The notes under the pieces were generated by a model, which worked only from the letters and a program-made list of their open reading frames with translations, was not told the DNA's origin and did no database searches. Below, one piece after another: positions 9,864-19,679 of a stretch of 48,936 nt of DNA (position 1 is its first letter; each line of letters begins with the position of its first letter). The stretch spans positions 1-48,936 of the forward strand of contig CANFOR010000001.1 of assembly GCA_947448675.1 (NCBI GenBank), written 5' to 3'. The translations under genes were made by a program, and so were the position numbers. The DNA is from Betaproteobacteria bacterium (GTDB lineage Bacteria; Pseudomonadota; Gammaproteobacteria; Burkholderiales; Burkholderiaceae_C).

Positions 9864-12314
9864 ATGCCGCCAGAACCTACTAATCCCTCCGCATCCACCC
9901 CTACCACCCCCATGGGTCTCCCCGCTGACAAGCCTGCCAAAGCCGCCCCACTGCTGCTGCGCATCGCCTTGTGGCTCTTGGGGCTTGGCGCTGCTGCTGT
10001 GCTGCTGGTGGCGCTGGCCGTGGGCCTGACCATGGCCTTGGCCTACCCCAATCTGCCCGACATTTCCGAGCTGCGCGACTACCGCCCCAAACTGCCGCTG
10101 CGCGTCTTTGCCGCCGATGGCGCCTTGATCGGCGAGTTTGGCGAAGAAAAGCGCAGCCTCACGGCGATCAAAGACATTCCCCAGGTCATGAAAGACGCTG
10201 TGCTGGCGATTGAAGACGCTCGCTTCTTCTCGCACGGTGGGGTGGATTACAAGGGTGTGCTGCGGGCAGCGGTGGCCAATATGGGCCACTTCAAAAGCCA
10301 GGGCGCGTCTACCATCACCATGCAGGTGGCGCGTAACGTCTACCTGTCGGCCGAGAAAAGCTATTCACGCAAAATTTATGAAATTTTGCTGACCTTCAAG
10401 CTGGAACATTTGCTCAGCAAAGACCAGATCCTTGAAATCTACATGAACCAAATTTTTCTGGGCAACCGTGCCTACGGCTTTGCTGCTGCTGCAGAGACAT
10501 ATTTCGGCAAACCACTCAAAAATGTGAGCATCGCCGAAGCCGCCATGCTCGCGGGCCTGCCCAAAGCGCCCTCGGCCTACAACCCAATCAGCAACCCCAA
10601 GAAAGCACGTGCGCGCCAACTGCACATCATCGACCGCATGGTGGAAAACGGCTTTATCACTGCTGAGCAAGCCGCAGTGGCCAAGCAAGAAGAGCTGAAA
10701 ATCAAAACCGAGTCGGATGCTTCGCGCATCCACGCCGAGTATGTGGCCGAGATGGTGCGCCAAATGGTGTTTGCCCAATACGGCGACGAGGCCTACACGC
10801 GCGGGCTCAACGTCTACACCACCCTGCGCTCGAGTGACCAAGCCGCCGCCTACCGCGCGCTGCGCCGCGGCATCATGGACTACGAGCGCCGCCAAGTCTA
10901 CCGTGGCCCTGAAAAGTTCATCGACCTACCGACCGACAGCGCCGAGGCCGACGACGCGATAGACGACGCCCTGCTTGAACACCCTGACAACGGTGACATC
11001 ATGTCGGCCGTGGTGCTCGACGCCAATGCCAAAAAAATCAGCGCGATTCGGCAAAACAGCGAAGCCATCGAAATCACTGGTGAAGGCCTGCGCCCGGCGC
11101 AGTCAGGCCTGTCAGACAAAGCCGCACCGAACATCAAAATCCGCCGTGGTGCGGTGATCCGCGTCGTCAAAACGCCCAAAAATACCTGGGAGATCACCCA
11201 ACTGCCCGAGGTCGAAGGCGCTTTTGTCGCGGTAGACCCGCGCACCGGCGGCATTCGCGCCTTGGTGGGTGGTTTTGACTACGAGAAAAACAAGTTCAAC
11301 CATGTGACGCAGGCCTGGCGCCAACCGGGCTCGAGCTTCAAGCCCTTCATTTATTCGGCAGCGCTAGAAAAGGGCTTTGGCCCGGCTACCGTGGTCAACG
11401 ACGCGCCTTTGTTTTTTGACGCGGGTGTGACTGGTGGCCAACCTTGGGAGCCGAAAAACTACGACGGCAAATTTGAAGGCCCAATGCCACTGCACACTGC
11501 CCTCGACAAATCCAAAAACATGGTGTCGATTCGCATCCTGCAGTCCATCGGCGCAGGCTACGCGCAAGACTGGATCACGCGCTTTGGTTTTGAAGCGGAC
11601 AAACACCCCGCCTACCTCACCATGGCCCTGGGCGCAGGCTCGGTTACGCCCTTACAAATGGCCTCGGGCTATGCGGTGTTTGCCAATGGCGGCTACCGCT
11701 TGAACCCGCTCTTGGTCACCCGCATTACCGACCAAAAAGGCAAGGTACTCACCGAGACCAAACCCCCGGCCTTAAACGATTCGGTACGCGCAGTGGACGC
11801 GCGCAACGCATTTATGATGAGCCGCTTGCTGCAAGAGGTAGCCCGCGTGGGCACGGCCGCCAAAGCCCAGGCCACGCTCAAGCGCACCGACATTTACGGC
11901 AAAACTGGCACCACCAACGACTCCATCGACACCTGGTTTGCGGGCTACCAGCCCAGCCTAGCGGCCATTGTGTGGATCGGCTATGACACGCCGCGCACCC
12001 TGGGCGACAAAGAAACCGGCGGTGGCCTCAGCCTGCCGGTGTGGATCAACTTTATGGAAACCGCGCTCAAGGGCGTAGCCGCGGCCGAAGTGCCCGTTCC
12101 CGAGGGTGTGCTCAACTTGGGTGGCGAGTGGTACTACGACGAGTACGCCAAGGGCGCGGGCGTGAGCAGCTTGGGACTTGAAGACAAGCTGCCTGCGCCT
12201 TCGGGCGAGGCCGGCAGCGCAGCACCAGCTGCGGGCACCGCGCCTGCAGCGGCCGTGCAAACATTGCCGCCAGCCGACGAGAAGAAAAAAATCATCGACC
12301 TGTTCAAAAACTAG
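9864..12314 (+). CDS. mrcA: penicillin-binding protein 1A (bifunctional glycosyltransferase/transpeptidase)
   Basis: GT51 motifs (EDARFFSHGGVD, GASTITMQVARN) and transpeptidase motifs (SSFKPFIY, KTGTTN). The start is uncertain: the ORF track uses the TTG at 9837, I prefer the ATG at 9864 (MPPEP...). Confidence 0.92.
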   Translation: MPPEPTNPSASTPTTPMGLPADKPAKAAPLLLRIALWLLGLGAAAVLLVALAVGLTMALAYPNLPDISELRDYRPKLPLRVFAADGALIGEFGEEKRSLTAIKDIPQVMKDAVLAIEDARFFSHGGVDYKGVLRAAVANMGHFKSQGASTITMQVARNVYLSAEKSYSRKIYEILLTFKLEHLLSKDQILEIYMNQIFLGNRAYGFAAAAETYFGKPLKNVSIAEAAMLAGLPKAPSAYNPISNPKKARARQLHIIDRMVENGFITAEQAAVAKQEELKIKTESDASRIHAEYVAEMVRQMVFAQYGDEAYTRGLNVYTTLRSSDQAAAYRALRRGIMDYERRQVYRGPEKFIDLPTDSAEADDAIDDALLEHPDNGDIMSAVVLDANAKKISAIRQNSEAIEITGEGLRPAQSGLSDKAAPNIKIRRGAVIRVVKTPKNTWEITQLPEVEGAFVAVDPRTGGIRALVGGFDYEKNKFNHVTQAWRQPGSSFKPFIYSAALEKGFGPATVVNDAPLFFDAGVTGGQPWEPKNYDGKFEGPMPLHTALDKSKNMVSIRILQSIGAGYAQDWITRFGFEADKHPAYLTMALGAGSVTPLQMASGYAVFANGGYRLNPLLVTRITDQKGKVLTETKPPALNDSVRAVDARNAFMMSRLLQEVARVGTAAKAQATLKRTDIYGKTGTTNDSIDTWFAGYQPSLAAIVWIGYDTPRTLGDKETGGGLSLPVWINFMETALKGVAAAEVPVPEGVLNLGGEWYYDEYAKGAGVSSLGLEDKLPAPSGEAGSAAPAAGTAPAAAVQTLPPADEKKKIIDLFKN

Positions 12315-12371
12315 CGGCTGCGCAAGCCTGCTGCGCGCGCCCACAGCACTAGCGCATAGGCCTGCGCGCAA

Positions 12372-12701
12372 TCAAGCGCTAAACAACAAGGGCAGGTTCG
12401 CTTGCTGGCTGGCATAGCGCGACAGGTTTTCAAAAAACTCGCCGCCGCCCTTGCTGTTTAACCACTGATTGCTATCAAATTTATAGTGATAGCCACCCGA
12501 CTTGGCGGCCATCCAGACCTCGTGCAGCGGCTTTTGCAGGTTCACAATGATCTGGCTGCCGTTGCCGAAAACGAGCGTGACCATGCCACCCACGCGCTGG
12601 TTGTCGATGTCGGCGTCGCTAGCGTCGTTGATGCGGTCGCAATTGGCCTCAATGGCAGCGAGCAAACGCTCGGCATGGTCTAAAAATTCGGAGTCGGTCA
12701 T
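12372..12701 (-). CDS. cyaY: iron donor protein CyaY (frataxin homologue)
   Basis: This is the C-terminal 109 aa of the over-long 12372..13559 [21 protein letters not shown]...[40 protein letters not shown] is frataxin-like. Divergent from lptM-lysA. Confidence 0.9.
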   Translation of the reverse strand: MTDSEFLDHAERLLAAIEANCDRINDASDADIDNQRVGGMVTLVFGNGSQIIVNLQKPLHEVWMAAKSGGYHYKFDSNQWLNSKGGGEFFENLSRYASQQANLPLLFSA

Positions 12702-12711
12702 TACAATTCCC

Positions 12712-12912
12712 ATGATGCTGATCTTTAAACCCATTCTATTGTGCGCTGCGGCTGCACTGCTGCTGTGTGCTTGTGGGCAAAAAGGTACGCTGTTTTTGCC
12801 CACCGATCCACTGGCCGTAGGCCGTGCCAGCTTGTCGCAAAGCATGCGGCCTGCGCGGGCAGCCTCAGCACCTTTGCCTACAGCCTCTTCTGCTACCAGC
12901 CCCAACCCATGA
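12712..12912 (+). CDS. lptM: small lipoprotein LptM (YifL family)
   Basis: 66 aa. [30 protein letters not shown] matches the CG.KGPLY.P hallmark. ATGA overlap with the lysA start. The cyaY / lptM-lysA arrangement is conserved. Confidence 0.7.
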   Translation: MMLIFKPILLCAAAALLLCACGQKGTLFLPTDPLAVGRASLSQSMRPARAASAPLPTASSATSPNP

Positions 12913-14198
12913 CCCACCACAGCACCCCAGCCACCAGTGCCCAGCCCGGCCAACCCTTCATTGCCTACCATGCAGGCCAATTGCAGGTCGAAGGCTGCAG
13001 CCTGCAGATGCTGGCGCAAGAGTATGGTACGCCGCTCTTTGTGTATTCCAAAGCCGCCATGCTCAGTGCATTGGCCGCCTACCAACGAGGCTTTGCAGGC
13101 CGCACCGCGCAAATTTGCTACGCCATGAAGGCCAACTCCAACCTGGCCGTCTTGCGCGTGTTTGCACAGGCCGGTTGCGGTTTTGACATCGTCTCGGGTG
13201 GCGAGCTCGAACGGGTATTGGCCGCGGGCGGTGTGCCCGCCAAAATCATTTTCTCGGGCGTGGGCAAAACCCGCGCCGAGATGCGCCGCGCGCTCGAAGT
13301 TGGCATTGGCTGCTTCAACGTCGAGAGCGAGGCCGAGCTTGAAGTACTCAGCAGCGTGGCCGTGGCGGCGGGCAAAAGCGCGCGGGTGAGCATCCGCGTC
13401 AACCCCAACGTAGACCCCAAAACCCACCCCTATATTTCCACTGGCCTCAAGGGCAATAAATTTGGCGTGGCGCAAGAGCGCACCCTGGCGACCTACCAGC
13501 GCGCCGCCAGCCTGCCGGGCTTGAAAGTGGTGGGCATCGACTGCCACATTGGTTCGCAAATTACCGAAGCCACGCCCTACTTAGACGCTATGGACAAAGT
13601 GCTCGACCTCGTAGCCGCCATCGAAGCCGCAGGCATTGCCATCGAGCACATCGACTTTGGCGGCGGTCTGGGCATCCACTACGAAGACGCTGTGCCCCCC
13701 GCTGCCGACGCGCTGTGGGCCGCGCTCTTGGCCAAGCTCGACGCGCGCGGCTACGGCCAGCGCAAGCTGATGATCGAGCCCGGCCGCTCCTTGGTGGGCA
13801 ACGCCGGCGTGTGCGTGAGCGAAGTGCTGTACCTCAAACCCGGCGAGCAAAAAAACTTTTGCATCATCGACGCCGCCATGAACGACCTGCCCCGCCCCGC
13901 CATGTACCAGGCCTTTCACCAGATCGTCCCATTGGCCTTGAACAGCAAGCCCCGCAGCACCTACGACGTGGTTGGCCCCGTGTGCGAAAGCGGCGACTGG
14001 ATCGGCCGCGAACGCAGCCTGGCCGTGCAACAAGGCGAATTGCTCGCCGTGCTCTCCGCCGGAGCCTACTGCATGAGCATGGCCAGCAACTACAACACCC
14101 GTGGCCGCGCCGCAGAAGTCATGGTCGATGGCGACACCGCCACCCTGATCCGCAGACGTGAAACGGCTGCCGAGCAAATGCAAAACGAAATTTTTTAG
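12909..14198 (+). CDS. lysA: diaminopimelate decarboxylase
   Basis: Alanine-racemase-fold decarboxylase features (YAMKAN PLP lysine, GGGLGI, EPGRSL, CESGD). Start taken at MTHHSTP (12909), not at the ORF-track 12741. Confidence 0.93.
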   Translation: MTHHSTPATSAQPGQPFIAYHAGQLQVEGCSLQMLAQEYGTPLFVYSKAAMLSALAAYQRGFAGRTAQICYAMKANSNLAVLRVFAQAGCGFDIVSGGELERVLAAGGVPAKIIFSGVGKTRAEMRRALEVGIGCFNVESEAELEVLSSVAVAAGKSARVSIRVNPNVDPKTHPYISTGLKGNKFGVAQERTLATYQRAASLPGLKVVGIDCHIGSQITEATPYLDAMDKVLDLVAAIEAAGIAIEHIDFGGGLGIHYEDAVPPAADALWAALLAKLDARGYGQRKLMIEPGRSLVGNAGVCVSEVLYLKPGEQKNFCIIDAAMNDLPRPAMYQAFHQIVPLALNSKPRSTYDVVGPVCESGDWIGRERSLAVQQGELLAVLSAGAYCMSMASNYNTRGRAAEVMVDGDTATLIRRRETAAEQMQNEIF

Positions 14199-14214
14199 CG
14201 TTTGGCGCTAGAGA

Positions 14215-14270
14215 GGAAAATGGCTGAGAAGCGCACTGGAAGTGCGCATACAGCTATTATTTTTGTAGCT
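14215..14270 (-). repeat. ~56-nt two-hairpin intergenic repeat, copy a (reverse orientation)
   Basis: The reverse complement AGCTACAAAAATAATAGCTGTATGCGCACTTCCAGTGCGCTTCTCAGCCATTTTCC aligns with copies c, d and e. Hairpin 1 is 14252..14270 and contains the msrQ TAA stop in its loop. Hairpin 2 is GCGCAC/GTGCGC at 14231..14247. Confidence 0.8.
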
Positions 14271-14898
14271 GCACACTCGCCATCTTACCCACCACCAAGC
14301 GCTTTTTGCGCAGGTATTCACGCACCCGCCAGCCAAGCAAAACTGCAATAATCGCCGCGTAAACAAAGACTTCTGCAAAATTATTTTTGCCTGCGCGCAT
14401 CCAGAAAAAGTGCAAGATGCCCAGGCCTGCGATGGCGTAGACGGCTTTGTGCAGGGCTTGCCAGCGCTTGGCGCCCATGAATTTGATGGCCTTGTTGAAA
14501 GACGTTGCAGCCAGGGGCGTGAGCAGCACGAAGGCGGCAAAACCCACCAAGATAAACGGGCGTTTGGCAATGTCTTTGGCAATGTCGGCTACGTCTAGGC
14601 CCATGTCGAACCAGCTGTAGCTCAGCAGGTGCAGCACCACATAAAAGTACACGTAGAGGCCGAGCATGCGGCGCATGCGCGCCAGGCCCGGCCAGTTGGC
14701 CAGGGTGCGCAGGGGCGTCACGGCGAGCACGATGCAGACAAAGCGCAGCGTCCAGTCGCCGGTGGCGCGAATCACATACTCTTGTGGGTTGGCACCGGCG
14801 TTGCCGGTGGCCACGCGCAGCACCAGCCACAGGATGGGCAGCAGGCAGAGCAAGAAAAGCAGCGGCTTGGCCGCTTTGTGCAGCAATAATTTATTCAT
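14257..14898 (-). CDS. msrQ: protein-methionine-sulfoxide reductase heme-binding subunit MsrQ (YedZ)
   Basis: 213-aa polytopic membrane protein with conserved His residues (LHLLSY, LHKAVY). Lies downstream of msrP. Confidence 0.88.
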   Translation of the reverse strand: MNKLLLHKAAKPLLFLLCLLPILWLVLRVATGNAGANPQEYVIRATGDWTLRFVCIVLAVTPLRTLANWPGLARMRRMLGLYVYFYVVLHLLSYSWFDMGLDVADIAKDIAKRPFILVGFAAFVLLTPLAATSFNKAIKFMGAKRWQALHKAVYAIAGLGILHFFWMRAGKNNFAEVFVYAAIIAVLLGWRVREYLRKKRLVVGKMASVQLQK

Positions 14899-14960
14899 GG
14901 TGGTTTCCTTCGCGCAGCACTGTTGAGCGGCACTGCGCAGAATTTAAAAAAGGCCTGCGC

Positions 14961-15956
<996 letters not shown>

Positions 15957-16029
15957 AAAAAACTCCTATTTGCTGTGAGTCGGGCCACAGCGCCTGTTCT
16001 TACATTGTGGGGCAGAAAAATGTCAGCGC

Positions 16030-16060
16030 AAAAAAAGCGGGCCTTCCAAAGAAGGCCCGC
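16030..16060 (-). terminator. rho-independent terminator downstream of the cytochrome c4 gene
   Basis: On the minus strand: GCGGGCCTTC-TTTG-GAAGGCCCGC (10-bp GC-rich stem) followed by TTTTTTT, about 58 nt after the stop codon. Confidence 0.7.
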
Positions 16061-16118
16061 TGTGTGGGAGTGTGCAGCCCAGCTTTTGGTTCAAGCGGGC
16101 TGGGCTGTGGGCCGCAGC

Positions 16119-16826
16119 TTAGTGCAAACCGGCAATGTAGTCGGCCAGGGCTTTGATCTCGCGGTCGTTCAAACGCACGGCCACTTGGTTCATGATGGGG
16201 TTGTTGGTGCGCACACCGTCGCGGAAGGCGGTCAGCTGGGTGGCTACGTACTCTGCGTGCTGGCCCGCCAGGCGTGGAAAGGCGGCTGGAATGCCCGCGC
16301 CATTGGGGCTGTGGCAACCGGCGCAAGCAGCAATTTGGCGCTCACCATTGCCACCGCGGTACAGGCGCTCGCCAGTGGCGACCAGCTCTTTGTCTTTGGC
16401 AAAACCGGGTTTGGCTTTTTTGCTGGTGACCCAGTAGGCAATGTTGCGCATGTCGTCGTCTGACAGTGCGCTGGCAAAGCCCTTCATGATGGGGTTGTTG
16501 CGCTTGCCCGACTTGAACTCCTGCAATTGCTTGATGAGGTACTCGGGGTGCTGTTGGGCCAGCTTGGGGTTGGCCGGTGTGCCCGAGTTGCCGTCAGCGG
16601 CGTGGCAGGCCGCGCAGACCGCGCCAAAGCTGGCTTCGCCCTTGGCCAGGTCGGGCTTGGCGGCTTTAGGGGCCTCGGCCTTGGCAGCAGGTTTGGCGTG
16701 CTCGGTAGCGCCCGCAGCGGGCTTTTCAGCATGCGCCTCTTCGGCGGCAAAAGCAGGCAGGGCAGCGGCCAGGCTCAGGGCGGCAGCGATCCAAAGGGAA
16801 ACAAATGGGGTGGCAAGCGGCTTCAT
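16119..16826 (-). CDS. di-heme cytochrome c4
   Basis: Signal peptide MKPLATPFVSLWIAAALSLAAALPAFA and two CxxCH motifs (CAACH, CAGCH). Start taken at the ATG at 16826; the ORF track's upstream extension overlaps the engB region. Confidence 0.9.
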   Translation of the reverse strand: MKPLATPFVSLWIAAALSLAAALPAFAAEEAHAEKPAAGATEHAKPAAKAEAPKAAKPDLAKGEASFGAVCAACHAADGNSGTPANPKLAQQHPEYLIKQLQEFKSGKRNNPIMKGFASALSDDDMRNIAYWVTSKKAKPGFAKDKELVATGERLYRGGNGERQIAACAGCHSPNGAGIPAAFPRLAGQHAEYVATQLTAFRDGVRTNNPIMNQVAVRLNDREIKALADYIAGLH

Positions 16827-16943
16827 AGACAAATCGGTGTTGGGTGCAGTTTGGTGCAAATAGCCCTTGATTCTACAATGCTGTACCGGGCATGGGAGGG
16901 TTTTCCCCTTGCCCACCCCTGGCTTTCTTGCAAATTGGGCTCC

Positions 16944-17684
16944 ATGACCACCTCTTCCCCCGCTGTCAAAGCCTCTGTTGACACCCTTGTAAATGCTCCC
17001 GTTGAAGCCCGCATCGCCAATGGTTGGCTGCACACGGCCAAGTTTTTAACCACCGCGCCACAGCTGCAATTTTTGCCGCCACTCAGCGTGCCTGAGATCG
17101 CTTTTGTCGGCCGCTCCAACGCGGGCAAGTCCACCTGCATCAACACGCTCACGCAGCAAAAGCGCTTGGCCTTTGCCTCTAAAACCCCGGGGCGCACGCA
17201 GAGCATCAACCTGTTTACCCTGGGCAAACAGGGCGTCACCGACGCGGTGTTTGCCGACCTGCCCGGCTATGGCTACGCCGCCGTGCCCAAGGCCGACAAG
17301 CTGCGCTGGCAGCAGGTGATGGCCAACTATTTGGTCACGCGTGAGAACCTGCGCGGCATTGTGCTGATGTGCGACCCGCGCCACGGCATGACCGAGCTAG
17401 ACGAAATTTTGCTCGAAGTGATTCGCCCGCGCGTCGAGCAGGGCATGAAGTTTTTGGTGGTGCTCACCAAGTCCGACAAGCTCACCCGCTCTGAGGGCAC
17501 CAAGGCGCTGTCGATCGCCAAACTGCAGGCCGGTGGCGGCGAGGTACGGCTGTTTTCGGCGCTCAAAAAACAAGGCGTTGACGAAGTGGCCCAACTGCTG
17601 TGGTCTTGGGCGCACCCTGATGGTTTGGCCACACCCGCAAGCCCCGCTGCAGAAGAAAAATCGCCTGTAACGCCCGTAGAATAA
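16944..17684 (+). CDS. engB: ribosome-biogenesis GTPase YihA/EngB
   Basis: G1 motif GRSNAGKST, G3 motif DLPGYGYA, G4 motif TKSDK. Start at MTTSSP (16944). Divergent from cytochrome c4. Confidence 0.9.
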   Translation: MTTSSPAVKASVDTLVNAPVEARIANGWLHTAKFLTTAPQLQFLPPLSVPEIAFVGRSNAGKSTCINTLTQQKRLAFASKTPGRTQSINLFTLGKQGVTDAVFADLPGYGYAAVPKADKLRWQQVMANYLVTRENLRGIVLMCDPRHGMTELDEILLEVIRPRVEQGMKFLVVLTKSDKLTRSEGTKALSIAKLQAGGGEVRLFSALKKQGVDEVAQLLWSWAHPDGLATPASPAAEEKSPVTPVE

Positions 17685-17711
17685 GCGTATACAGCTACTG
17701 AAAATATAGCA
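17655..17711 (-). repeat. ~56-nt two-hairpin repeat, copy b (reverse orientation; hairpin 2 degenerate)
   Basis: The reverse complement TGCTATATTTTCAGTAGCTGTATACGCTTATTCTACGGGCGTTACAGGCGATTTTTC aligns with copy e. It overlaps the last ~9 codons and the stop of engB in antisense, and ends 3 nt before the hydrolase ATG. Confidence 0.7.
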
Positions 17712-17713
17712 CT

Positions 17714-18673
17714 ATGATTGAAACCTGGCTCCAGCCTCTGCCCCACGGCATCACGCTCAGCTGCCACGCAGCCGGTGCGCGGGGTCGCCCGGTGCTGCTG
17801 TTTTTGCACGGCTTCCCCGAGGCCGCTTTTGTCTGGGACTTGCTGCTCGAACACTTTGCCAAGCCCGAACACGGCGGCTACCGCTGCGTGGCGCCCAATT
17901 TGCGCGGTTTTGAGCAGTCCAGCACGCCGACAGAGGTGGCCCAGTATCGGCCCAAATTTTTGGTGCAAGACATTGCCGCGCTCATCGCCATCGAGTCACC
18001 CGGCCAGCCGCTGGCCTGCTTGGTGGCGCACGACTGGGGCGGCGCGGTGGCCTGGAACCTGGCCAACCAAATGCCGCAATTGCTGCAGCGCCTGGCTATC
18101 ATCAACTCGCCCCACCCCGGCACCTTTTTGCGCGAGCTGCAAACCAGCCCGCAGCAACAAGCGGCCAGTGCCTACATGAACTTTTTGATCCGGCCCGACG
18201 CTGAAGCGCTGCTGGCGCAAGACGACTTTCGCCGCCTGTTTGAGTTCTTTACCAACATGGGTGCCAGCAGCGACGGCCAAGGGGGCTACGGCTGGCTCAC
18301 CGAGGCCGTCAAGGCGCAGTACCGCGCGGTGTGGCGCGGCCCCCCAAACGGCACAGCAGGTTCAGCCCCCGGTGCGGGTTTGACGGGCGGCTGCAACTAC
18401 TACCGCGCCTCGCCCCTGCGCCCCCCGCGCGCGGGCGACCCAGCTGCTGCTGTGTGCCTGCCACGCGAGATGCTCACGGTAGACCTGCCGACCTTGGTGC
18501 TCTGGGCGATGGACGACATCGCCCTGCCACCTGCGCTGATCGACGGGCTCGACGCCTATATTGCCAAGCTCGAATTGCACCGCATTGCGGGCGCAAGCCA
18601 CTGGGTGGTGCATGAGCAGCCGCAGCTCGTCATTCATTATTTGGCGCAGTTTTTAGCCAAGCTACCAAATTAA
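17714..18673 (+). CDS. alpha/beta-fold hydrolase (epoxide hydrolase / haloacid-dehalogenase-like subgroup)
   Basis: 319 aa with HGFPE oxyanion motif, nucleophile motif HDWGG, NYYRA cap motif and a C-terminal His (GASHW). Confidence 0.85.
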   Translation: MIETWLQPLPHGITLSCHAAGARGRPVLLFLHGFPEAAFVWDLLLEHFAKPEHGGYRCVAPNLRGFEQSSTPTEVAQYRPKFLVQDIAALIAIESPGQPLACLVAHDWGGAVAWNLANQMPQLLQRLAIINSPHPGTFLRELQTSPQQQAASAYMNFLIRPDAEALLAQDDFRRLFEFFTNMGASSDGQGGYGWLTEAVKAQYRAVWRGPPNGTAGSAPGAGLTGGCNYYRASPLRPPRAGDPAAAVCLPREMLTVDLPTLVLWAMDDIALPPALIDGLDAYIAKLELHRIAGASHWVVHEQPQLVIHYLAQFLAKLPN

Positions 18674-18715
18674 TAGCTGTCTACGCACTACTGGTGCGCC
18701 TTGCAGGTGTTTTCA
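18660..18715 (+). repeat. ~56-nt two-hairpin repeat, copy c
   Basis: AGCTACCAAATTAATAGCTGTCTACGCACTACTGGTGCGCCTTGCAGGTGTTTTCA. By my hand alignment 42 of 56 positions are identical to copy e. The hydrolase TAA stop lies in the hairpin 1 loop. The terminal TCA is the complement of the TGA stop of the convergent acyltransferase gene. Confidence 0.85.
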
Positions 18716-19621
18716 GTACACGCTAGGCGCACCCGCAGGCCGCGTTTTAAAGCGCTTGTGTACCCAGTAGTACTGGGCTGGCATGGTGGCGATGTAGCTT
18801 TGCAGCTCGCGGTTCATGCGGGCGGTGTCGGCCTCAATAGCGGCTGGCGTGTCACCGCTGGGGAATCTCTCCCAAGCGGGTAGCACGTCCACTTGGTAGC
18901 CGCTGCGCGTCATGCGCGTGACCACCGGCAGCACCAGCGCGCCGCTCATGCGGGCAAAGCGCGCGACCGAGGGCACGGTGGCCGTGGGCAGGCCGTAGAA
19001 GGGCACGAAGATCGAATCCTCGGGGCCAAAGTCCATGTCGGGCAACAGGTAGAGGGCTTGGCCGTTTTTCAGGCCACGCAGCACCGGGCGCACGCCGTCG
19101 ATGCGGCCATACAGCTGGGGCGCGCCAAAGCGCTGGCGGCCCGCGTAGATCCACGCGTCGATCACCTTGTTGGCTTGGTCGGTGTAGATCGAGCACAGGG
19201 TGCGCTCTTGCAGCATGCTGAGCGCTGTGCCGCCCGCGTCGAGGCCCATAAAATGCGGCGCAAACAGCACCACAGGCTGCGCGGTTTGCAAAGCCTCTGC
19301 GCCACGCAACTGCAAGCGCCGCGCCACCTGGGCCGCGCTGCCATGCCAGAGCCAACTGCGGTCGAGCCAAGCCTGCGCAAAATAAACAAAGCATTGCTGC
19401 GCCAAGGCCCGCCGTTGCTGTGTGGGCAGCTCTGGAAAGCATAGCAACAAGTTGGTGTGTACGACCTTGCGGCGCGGCGCCACCAGGGCGTATAAAACCC
19501 AGCCCAAAGCCCAGCCCAGGCCGCGCACCAGGGGCAGGGGCAGGGGGCTGAGCAGGCGCATAAAAGCCACGCCGAGCTGGCTGCCTAGCCTACCTAGTGC
19601 GTGGGGCAAGGCTTGGGGCAT
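18713..19621 (-). CDS. lipid A biosynthesis (Kdo2-lipid IVA) acyltransferase, LpxL/HtrB family
   Basis: 302 aa with an N-terminal membrane anchor and HX4D motif (PHFMGLDAGG). Length is typical for the family. Confidence 0.82.
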   Translation of the reverse strand: MPQALPHALGRLGSQLGVAFMRLLSPLPLPLVRGLGWALGWVLYALVAPRRKVVHTNLLLCFPELPTQQRRALAQQCFVYFAQAWLDRSWLWHGSAAQVARRLQLRGAEALQTAQPVVLFAPHFMGLDAGGTALSMLQERTLCSIYTDQANKVIDAWIYAGRQRFGAPQLYGRIDGVRPVLRGLKNGQALYLLPDMDFGPEDSIFVPFYGLPTATVPSVARFARMSGALVLPVVTRMTRSGYQVDVLPAWERFPSGDTPAAIEADTARMNRELQSYIATMPAQYYWVHKRFKTRPAGAPSVY

Positions 19622-19679
19622 AGAGGCTCCTGGGAAGGGTGCGGGGGTCGGGGCAAAGGTCTGGGCATGGGTTTGCGTA

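Noticed and set aside
12315-12371. GC-rich short hairpins (GCGCA-N6/7-TGCGC, twice) between the convergent mrcA and cyaY genes.
   Set aside because: The stems are only 5 bp, there is no T-run, and the AGCTA hairpin and tail of the repeat family are absent. Possibly a weak terminator, but I cannot support it.
12702-13559. N-terminal extension of the cyaY ORF to 395 aa, running antisense through lptM and lysA.
   Set aside because: Only the last 109 aa are frataxin-like. The extension overlaps two well-supported plus-strand genes and reads as low-complexity sequence.
16527-16943. Upstream extension of the engB ORF (385 aa in the track) and of the cytochrome c4 ORF (to 17033).
   Set aside because: The extensions overlap each other's coding regions on opposite strands. 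Signal-peptide and G-domain positions fit the shorter starts at 16826 and 16944.
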